Below the pieces are notes generated by a model. That model searched no databases. It was not told the DNA's origin and saw only the letters and a program-made list of their open reading frames with translations. Positions 1 to 5,542 of a stretch of 45,563 nt of DNA are shown here, one piece after another. How positions within the stretch are numbered: the first letter of the stretch is position 1; every line of letters begins with the position of its first letter. This DNA is from Bacilli bacterium (lineage in GTDB: Bacteria; Bacillota_I; Bacilli_A; ML615J-28; CAG-313), in NCBI GenBank assembly GCA_045612145.1, contig JAZKYN010000070.1, forward strand, positions 1 to 45,563. Direction: 5' to 3'. A program made the translations under genes and the position numbers.

Positions 1-182
1 TTTTTTACCTCTCTTTTTTCTTTCTTGTGTCTTTTTTCAAAATTGAATTTTTGAAATTTACACTAAAAGTATAGCACAAAAACAATATTTTTGTAAAATA
101 AAATGATAAAAAATATATAAAAAAATTGAAATTTTTTCAAAAATTAGCACTTTTTCATTAAAAAATCAGTTTAAAAACCTTC

Positions 183-201
183 AAAATATATAAGTAAAAC
201 C
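183..201. repeat. left arm of 19-bp perfect inverted repeat (AAAATATATAAGTAAAACC)
   Basis: The exact reverse complement occurs at 746-764. The arms bracket 544 bp of ORF-free AT-rich DNA. Confidence 0.8.
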
Positions 202-330
202 AGTATATTTTGCAAGTCGTTAATTTTTTGGTGTTTTTTGCTCAGCGTTTAAGCGTTTCAAGTCTTACAAATTAATAAATATTATAATATAATAATTAAT
301 AAATGTATTTATAGTATTATTCTAAAATGT

Positions 331-362
331 AAAATAAAGCCCAAATTCAGCCATTTTTGAGG
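331..362 (-). terminator. possible intrinsic terminator read on minus strand
   Basis: Minus-strand CTCAAA/TTTGGG stem (one G-U pair) followed by CTTTATTTT. About 75-80 percent identical to the clearer minus-strand terminator at 29339-29369. Confidence 0.3.
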
Positions 363-745
363 TTTTGCCTCTTTGCTGATAAATTATAAAGGGCTAACAA
401 GTAAAAACGCAAAAAAACACTGTTTTTGAAAGAATCGTATTTTTAAAAGTGTCTTTTGTATTGTGTTTTTGTTTTCAATTTTGAGGCGTAAAAAATGCTT
501 ATTTTTGAAAGTTTAAAAAGTAAGTATATAAAAATACATAATAATAATAATTACGCAAATTAAACGCTTAAAAATAAAAAGTCTTATTTATAATACTAAT
601 AATATAATTTTATGGTTTAATGTTCTTTAACGTTGTTAAATATTGCTTTTTGATTATTTCCTACTATTTATAAACGATTTTTTCCTACTTTTTGAGCGTG
701 TTTTTTGTCGTTTTTTTTGTGCAAGTAAAAAGACTAATTTAGTAA

Positions 746-764
746 GGTTTTACTTATATATTTT
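746..764. repeat. right arm of 19-bp perfect inverted repeat
   Basis: GGTTTTACTTATATATTTT is the reverse complement of 183-201. Confidence 0.8.
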
Positions 765-834
765 ATATATTAATATATTATATTGTGCTTTGTGTGGTAA
801 AATGAGTTTTATTTTATAATATAATTATATTTCA

Positions 835-895
835 TTTGCTTTGGTGGTGGTTGTTCTTGGTGCTGTTCTTTTGGTTGTTTTGGTCGTGTTGTTCT
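835..895 (+). repeat. 61-nt adenine-free G/T-rich tract
   Basis: No A between 835 and 895 in a very A/T-rich genome, and only a handful of C. The complement is a CA-rich tract. Confidence 0.85.
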
Positions 896-898
896 ATC

Positions 899-927
899 TT
901 TAGCGGTCAAGCGTTTAGAGTGCTAAA
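899..927 (+). other. hairpin 1 (TTTAGC / GCTAAA stem, 17-nt loop GGTCAAGCGTTTAGAGT)
   Basis: Read directly. It is paralogous to the hairpin at 955-985, with compensatory stem changes. Confidence 0.6.
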
Positions 928-954
928 AGTTGAGAGGTAAAAAGAGGCTTTTTT

Positions 955-985
955 TGTTAGCGGTTGAGTGGTGCAAGTGCTAACA
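955..985 (+). other. hairpin 2 (TGTTAGC / GCTAACA stem, 17-nt loop GGTTGAGTGGTGCAAGT)
   Basis: Read directly. It has the same loop length and the same GGT...AGT loop ends as hairpin 1. Confidence 0.6.
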
Positions 986-992
986 TATAAAT

Positions 993-1024
993 ATATATAG
1001 ATATATAGATATGTGCATATATAG
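993..1024. repeat. three copies of ATATATAG (993, 1001, 1017)
   Basis: Direct repeats lying immediately 5' of the G7/C6 palindrome. Confidence 0.7.
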
Positions 1025-1025
1025 A

Positions 1026-1041
1026 GGGGGGGACACCCCCC
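1026..1041. other. GC-only palindrome GGGGGGG-ACA-CCCCCC
   Basis: Isolated G7/C6 hairpin-forming element embedded in AT-rich DNA about 1 kb upstream of terS. Candidate cos/pac or protein recognition site. Confidence 0.5.
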
Positions 1042-1126
1042 TTATAAAAACATCATTTACAGCAAATTACCCCTCCTCAAAAATCCGCACAAAAACCGAC
1101 CAATTAACACTGAATTAGTGTGTTTC

Positions 1127-1156
1127 TTGACAAATCGCCCCCTGTGATGTTATAAT
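1127..1156 (+). promoter_or_regulatory. sigma-A type promoter P1 (TTGACA-18-TATAAT with TGT extended -10)
   Basis: TTGACA at 1127-1132 and TATAAT at 1151-1156. A short inverted repeat ACACT/AGTGT (1107-1121) lies just upstream of the -35. Confidence 0.7.
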
Positions 1157-1181
1157 CTAGGCACATAAGGAGGAAAAGCTT

Positions 1182-1616
1182 ATGAGAAGAAAAGAGCGAA
1201 AGAAGCTCGTGACGCTGGCAAGTGACAGGGCACTGGAGAAAGAGATAGAAGCCTTAGGAGTGAGGTGGGTGACGAGGTGCGATGACACGATGTGGGTGCA
1301 GGGAGCAGTGGATACGAGGGACGGGGGAATGAATCAGAAGACGTATGGGGCGTATGTGATGCACGCGATGACGGGGTATAAAGCGGTGTTTGAGTTTCTT
1401 AGAAAGAAGACGAACGAGACTGGTGTGAAGAAGTGGTTTGTGATGAACAAGAGGAAGGGCGAAATCTATACTGTGGAGTTTTCGTTGACTGACGTGAAGT
1501 TAGAAGTGGTGGCTAAGAAGACGAGCAGGTTTGCGGACTGGGTGTTCATCGGGGAGAAGGCGAACCACATCGACTTGTTCTTAATAAACTACGACGAGGC
1601 GACTCGAAAAAAATAA
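1182..1616 (+). CDS. hypothetical protein (144 aa), compositional outlier, moron-like
   Basis: ATG lies 8 nt after AAGGAGG. All 14 Val codons are GTG and 8 of 12 Thr codons are ACG, unlike the A/T-ending codons of neighbouring genes. No family recognised. Confidence 0.6.
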   Translation: MRRKERKKLVTLASDRALEKEIEALGVRWVTRCDDTMWVQGAVDTRDGGMNQKTYGAYVMHAMTGYKAVFEFLRKKTNETGVKKWFVMNKRKGEIYTVEFSLTDVKLEVVAKKTSRFADWVFIGEKANHIDLFLINYDEATRKK

Positions 1617-1637
1617 AAATTTTGCGGAGCTACGCTC

Positions 1638-1666
1638 TTGACAAAAAGAATAAAATGTGGTAAACT
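1638..1666 (+). promoter_or_regulatory. promoter P2 (TTGACA-17-TAAACT, TGTGG -16 region)
   Basis: Hexamers at 1638-1643 and 1661-1666. Confidence 0.65.
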
Positions 1667-1672
1667 TATAGT

Positions 1673-1750
1673 GTCTTGAATAGGACTAAATTATTTATTG
1701 TATCTCTGTAAGTTGAGGAAAGCCCAGTTTGAAAAAAGCTGGGTTTTTTT
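1673..1750 (+). ncRNA. candidate ~78-nt small RNA (P2 to terminator)
   Basis: Bounded by P2 and the intrinsic terminator at 1721-1750. It contains no ATG-initiated ORF. Confidence 0.45.
1721..1750 (+). terminator. intrinsic terminator
   Basis: AGCCCAG ... CTGGG(TT) stem followed by a T7 run. Confidence 0.65.
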
Positions 1751-1751
1751 C

Positions 1752-1780
1752 TTGACAAGACCAAAATAGTGTGGTATACT
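1752..1780 (+). promoter_or_regulatory. promoter P3 (TTGACA-17-TATACT, TGTGG -16 region)
   Basis: Starts 1 nt after the terminator T-run. It would give a ~220-nt leader before the terS-like gene. Confidence 0.65.
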
Positions 1781-2004
1781 TTAAGCGTAACAGATATTCT
1801 TCGTTGCGATTAGGTTTTAACGCTTGTTTTAGAAGGCTATATATCCACCCCCTATAATTCTATATTATACTGTGGCTATTTTTTATTGTTTACCTTGAGC
1901 CACGCTTCCTACTTCTATATACAGTCTTTGTAAAATCGGGGTTAAATTAAATGGTCATTGACCAGCCTAATTTTTCTTATGCAAATTTAAGGAAGGAGAA
2001 AAAA

Positions 2005-2697
2005 ATGAACAAAAACGATATAATTGAGAGAATTGAAGTTGACGACAAACAAATAGCAGAAGTCAACCACGAAATTATACAAGTTCAAGACTACGAGGTC
2101 GAAGTCATACAAGAAGACGTTAAAGAAATAAAAAAGTTTATAAAAAAGAGAAAGCGACAAATAAAAAACTACTACCTTGAGACAGAGAAAGGTCAAGAGA
2201 TAGTGAACTCGCTAGAGAACAGTGATGGTCTTAATATTTTTGCAATAAACAAATACCTGTTTGAACCGTTGCTAAAACCTAGCCGTTGCGTGAAACAATA
2301 CAGTGAAATTGAAATTCTTATAGTTTTAGAGTTTTATCAAGAGCAAATGCTTGAAATAAATAAAAAAACTATGTTTCCTCCTCAATTAGAGCAATATTGC
2401 AGACTTTTAGGAATTTCTACAACTGTTTTCAAGAAACAATACATCAACAGTAATAACGATGAACTTAGAAATGCTGCACAACAAGTTGTGGATTACATTG
2501 CTAGTGGTCTTTCGTTTGCTGGAATGACAAGACAAGTGGACTCTACAAGCCAAATTTTTGCACAAAGAAGTTCTCTTAACAGACAAGACAAAGAAAAAGA
2601 AGAGAGACAAGAAAACAACGTTGCAATCGCTGTTATAGATGCAGATGATTTCAGAAGTGCTGTTGCTAACCTTACAGCAGGCTTCTTAAAAAAATAA
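2005..2697 (+). CDS. putative terminase small subunit (HTH plus oligomerisation region)
   Basis: Start moved to the ATG after GGAAGGAG. The segment LEQYCRLLGISTTVFKK is HTH-like. The segment GLSFAGMTRQVDSTSQIFAQRSSLNRQDK resembles the C-terminal signature of gp3-type TerS. It lies upstream of terL. Confidence 0.5.
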   Translation: MNKNDIIERIEVDDKQIAEVNHEIIQVQDYEVEVIQEDVKEIKKFIKKRKRQIKNYYLETEKGQEIVNSLENSDGLNIFAINKYLFEPLLKPSRCVKQYSEIEILIVLEFYQEQMLEINKKTMFPPQLEQYCRLLGISTTVFKKQYINSNNDELRNAAQQVVDYIASGLSFAGMTRQVDSTSQIFAQRSSLNRQDKEKEERQENNVAIAVIDADDFRSAVANLTAGFLKK

Positions 2698-2720
2698 ATT
2701 AAATTTTTTATTATAAACTA

Positions 2721-2749
2721 TTGACAAACAAAGTTGATTGTGATATAAT
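2721..2749 (+). promoter_or_regulatory. promoter P4 (TTGACA-17-TATAAT, TGA extended -10)
   Basis: Perfect consensus hexamers at 2721-2726 and 2744-2749. Confidence 0.7.
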
Positions 2750-2755
2750 ATAGGC

Positions 2756-3081
2756 GTGGAAACCGAATGGCGGCTCGGAAGACACCTAATTGAATATTAA
2801 TGTCGCCAAACAATATTTCAATTAGTAACGAAATAAATAGTTTAAACATTTTTTTAATATTGCTAGGAACAGACGGTGTTCTCGAAAGGCTAGCTGGTAG
2901 AGCTTACCCAATACTGATTAGATAGGTTCGAATCCTAATAGCGGTTTTTAAAAGTTAGAATGATTTTATTTCAAGCTTATACTTTGGAAATTTGAACTAA
3001 GACTCGCAAACTTATTTTTTATTCTCCGAGGTTGAGGCGGGCGGACGAAGAATGAGGGATTGTTTTTCGTCTGCTTTTTTT
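2756..3081 (+). ncRNA. candidate ~325-nt structured non-coding RNA / leader
   Basis: ORF-free interval between P4 and the terminator at 3041-3081. There is a 13-bp bulged hairpin at 2786-2825 whose loop CGCCA can pair with TGGCG at 2768-2772. There are nested hairpins at 2862-2894 and a T-arm-like TAGGTTCGAATCCTA at 2923-2937. AAACCG (2760) pairs with CGGTTT (2942) to close the domain. Confidence 0.5.
3041..3081 (+). terminator. intrinsic terminator
   Basis: GCGGACGAA / TTCGTCTGC 9-bp stem (one G-U pair), 16-nt loop, T7 run. Confidence 0.7.
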
Positions 3082-3089
3082 ATTGTTAT

Positions 3090-3146
3090 GGGTTGTTAGC
3101 ATAAAGTAATGCGTCCGTGATATTGGTGCAAGTCCAATACAACCCT
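3090..3146 (+). ncRNA. tRNA-like element lacking an anticodon arm (57 nt)
   Basis: Perfect 7-bp acceptor stem GGGTTGT/ACAACCC. D-like arm GCAT-AAAGTA-ATGC. Only a 9-nt connector. 5-bp T-arm ATTGG-TGCAAGT-CCAAT. No encoded CCA. Confidence 0.45.
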
Positions 3147-3205
3147 AGTTCCAATATTTTATGTTTATAAAATTTTTACTTTACTTTCTTAAACGTTTAG
3201 ACTTT

Positions 3206-3236
3206 GCTACCGAGTCTTAAATAAAAGGTAGCTTTT
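3206..3236 (+). terminator. terminator-like hairpin just upstream of the RHH-terL RBS
   Basis: GCTACC ... GGTAGC stem followed by TTTT. Weaker than the others. Confidence 0.35.
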
Positions 3237-3260
3237 AATTAACAATAAGGAGAAATCAAA

Positions 3261-3431
3261 ATGGATAAAAACAGCAAAATTCAACGTTCTATTATCCTTA
3301 CAGTGCAAATGAAGGAAGATTTAGAACAAATTGCAAAAACAAAATATATGTCAGTAAATGACGTGATTAGAATTGCTATTTCTGAATATATAAAAGAGAA
3401 CAAGAAAAACGAAACAGCTGGAGAAAAGTAG
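3261..3431 (+). CDS. ribbon-helix-helix (CopG/Arc-like) DNA-binding protein, 56 aa
   Basis: Not in the ORF track. AAGGAG RBS is present. The pattern RSIILTVQM then KEDLEQIAK then VNDVIRIAISEYI matches a strand-helix-helix layout. The stop lies 4 nt before the terL ATG. Confidence 0.55.
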   Translation: MDKNSKIQRSIILTVQMKEDLEQIAKTKYMSVNDVIRIAISEYIKENKKNETAGEK

Positions 3432-3434
3432 AAA

Positions 3435-5354
3435 ATGAAGATAGACAAGTCACATACAAATTATAGTGATGAGTTTTACACATACGTTCACAGCATAAAC
3501 GACATAAAACTTACTATTGAGAAGCTTTACGACGGAGAAACCAAAAGAGGCATAAGCAAAATTTATTTTGATGCAGAAAAGCATTATAAATTGTTAGCTT
3601 TACTTAGAGATGGTTTACAATCGGTTAGAAAAATAAATGACTTCGAGGCTAGTAGGTTAGCAATCTATATAGCTATACCTTTAGCTGAAAGATACCTTAC
3701 AAGGATACAAAAGCTTTCAGAGACTGGTGATAGTAAGAAATACGCAAAATATTTTGATTCTTTAAATATATACTGGGATATGGTTGCTGTTGGAGCGAGA
3801 TATTCATTAAATTATTTTATAGAATATATGTTTCACAACAAGAGTAAGAAACCGTATCAGTTTAGAAAACAAATCTTAGCTTCTGCGGTTTTTTATGTAG
3901 GTAGAGGATTTCTAGAAAGATTAAAAATCGGAATAGACTTTAGAGACAATATGGTCGCACCGAACTTAGTTCTATTTTCGACGTTTCCATCGAGTGGTAA
4001 AACACTTATAGCAAACTACGCTATGGCGTGGATTAAATGCTTAGCTATGATAAAAATTCGTGGCGGAGGAATGCTGAGAATCGGCAACGAAGAAGGAAAC
4101 GTTAATAAAAACTCTCAAGCTATAAAAGATATAATATTAGATGAAACAATAATAGATGTTTTTCCAGAAATGGACGAACTTAGAGATGATAAAGGAAAAT
4201 ATAAACCTTTTGATAAAGATAGTATAGATGAGTGGTTTCTTAAAGAAGATAAAGAAGAACCTAAATCTGCTGTTTTTAGAACGGCTGGTTCTGCTACCAA
4301 CGGTATAAGAATTAACTTAGGACTTATCATAGATGACCCTAGTAGAGGTATGGTAGATAGAAAGAATGTAGATACTCATCAAAGAATTATAGCGAGTTAT
4401 AACGGTGACTGGCGAAGCAGATTTGACAATGAAGATGATTCATTCGTTTTTGCTTTAGGTACAAGATTCAATAACTTTGATGTGTTTAGTGCGATTCAAG
4501 ATACAGCTGAGAAAAAAGGTTTGTACAAAGATGAAAACTTTGAAAACACTTATAAAACAAAAGATGGAAAAACAGTTATTATAAATATAGATTGCGAAAA
4601 AGATGACGGAAGTGGAGCGTCAAGATACCCTGAGCTTATTTCTGACTCGACATTAGAGGACAAAAGGAACTCTATGAGCAAACAAGAATATTATTGTGTA
4701 TATAGACAAAAACCGATTCCTGAGGAAGGTCTTGACTTTGACTATTCTTTATTAAATACTTACGATGAAAAGTACGAAGATGACCAATTAGATACTTTCG
4801 CTTACGCTTCTTGCGACCCTACAAGAAAGACTGGTCAAGACTACTTATCATTACCTATTTTTAAAGCTGTAATAGATAAGAAAGATAAAAACTTCGGAAA
4901 ATATGCACTTATAGATGTAATATTTATACAAAAAAGTGTAAAAGACGAACAAACTTTCCAAAGAATTATAGAAAAGATAGTGAATAACGGTATAAAGAAA
5001 CTGTACTTAGAAATAAACACTGATACTTCTTTAGGTCAAAGAATACAAGACCATCTACAATCAATTGGATATAACATTCTTGTTATAAAAGAAATATATA
5101 GCACGCAAAAGAAAAGCGAAAGAATAGCTGACCAAACAAGTTCTATTCATAGAAATATGGTATTCCCTAGAGAAGGCATGTATCCTAAATATACTGAAAT
5201 AGGGCATTTTATGGAACAATTGACTATGTATTCAAGCTCTAGTGCGAATAAGCACGATGATGCCGCTGATAGTGTTGCGACATTCAGTAGAGAACACATA
5301 GACACAACGAAAATAAAAAATACAATTAAATTTAATTCTAAATCTTTAAGATAA
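3435..5354 (+). CDS. terL: terminase large subunit
   Basis: Walker A-like FPSSGKT, Walker B-like GLIIDDP, and C-terminal nuclease acidic motifs ASCDPT and HDDAADS. It lies directly before the portal gene. Confidence 0.9.
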   Translation: MKIDKSHTNYSDEFYTYVHSINDIKLTIEKLYDGETKRGISKIYFDAEKHYKLLALLRDGLQSVRKINDFEASRLAIYIAIPLAERYLTRIQKLSETGDSKKYAKYFDSLNIYWDMVAVGARYSLNYFIEYMFHNKSKKPYQFRKQILASAVFYVGRGFLERLKIGIDFRDNMVAPNLVLFSTFPSSGKTLIANYAMAWIKCLAMIKIRGGGMLRIGNEEGNVNKNSQAIKDIILDETIIDVFPEMDELRDDKGKYKPFDKDSIDEWFLKEDKEEPKSAVFRTAGSATNGIRINLGLIIDDPSRGMVDRKNVDTHQRIIASYNGDWRSRFDNEDDSFVFALGTRFNNFDVFSAIQDTAEKKGLYKDENFENTYKTKDGKTVIINIDCEKDDGSGASRYPELISDSTLEDKRNSMSKQEYYCVYRQKPIPEEGLDFDYSLLNTYDEKYEDDQLDTFAYASCDPTRKTGQDYLSLPIFKAVIDKKDKNFGKYALIDVIFIQKSVKDEQTFQRIIEKIVNNGIKKLYLEINTDTSLGQRIQDHLQSIGYNILVIKEIYSTQKKSERIADQTSSIHRNMVFPREGMYPKYTEIGHFMEQLTMYSSSSANKHDDAADSVATFSREHIDTTKIKNTIKFNSKSLR

Positions 5355-5364
5355 GGAGGTTATT

Positions 5365-5538
5365 ATGGAATACGTTAAATGTAAATCTTGTGGAAAAACG
5401 ATTGCATCTTACGATTCGAAAACGCAAGTGAAAAATTTACACGTCCAATGTAAGAGTTGTAAAGTGTACAATGTAATCACTGACAAGGCAGTAGAAAAAA
5501 CCTACATCAAGATAGGCGAAAGAGTCGTGGAGAAGTAA
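5365..5538 (+). CDS. small zinc-ribbon protein, Mu Com-like (57 aa)
   Basis: Not in the ORF track. AGGAGG RBS is present. The layout CKSC...18 aa...CKSC resembles Com-type zinc fingers. Confidence 0.5.
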   Translation: MEYVKCKSCGKTIASYDSKTQVKNLHVQCKSCKVYNVITDKAVEKTYIKIGERVVEK

Positions 5539-5542
5539 TATT

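Noticed and set aside
836-940. A Trp/Phe/Leu-rich hydrophobic peptide (LLWWWLFLVLFFWLFWSCCSIF...) read from the A-free tract.
   Set aside because: There is no ATG and no Shine-Dalgarno sequence; only a TTG could start it. The odd composition is an automatic consequence of translating A-free DNA.
1-1181. A CRISPR array or a tRNA cluster in the repeat-rich ORF-free region.
   Set aside because: The repeats are irregular in length and spacing and are AT-rich, with no repeat-spacer periodicity. I could fold no cloverleaf.
1951-2004. The upstream ATG start (1951) of the terS-like ORF.
   Set aside because: It has no RBS. The ATG at 2005 is preceded by GGAAGGAG at proper spacing.
2861-2948. A canonical tRNA or tmRNA gene, suggested by the T-arm-like GGTTCGAATCC.
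   Set aside because: With the T arm fixed at 2922-2938, the required 5' acceptor strand ACCGCTA is absent. Only 4 bp can pair with ACCG at 2762. No 5-bp/7-nt anticodon arm can be drawn at the correct distance. The 5' GGGG... and 3' ...CCACCA hallmarks of tmRNA are missing. I kept it only as a motif inside a larger candidate ncRNA.
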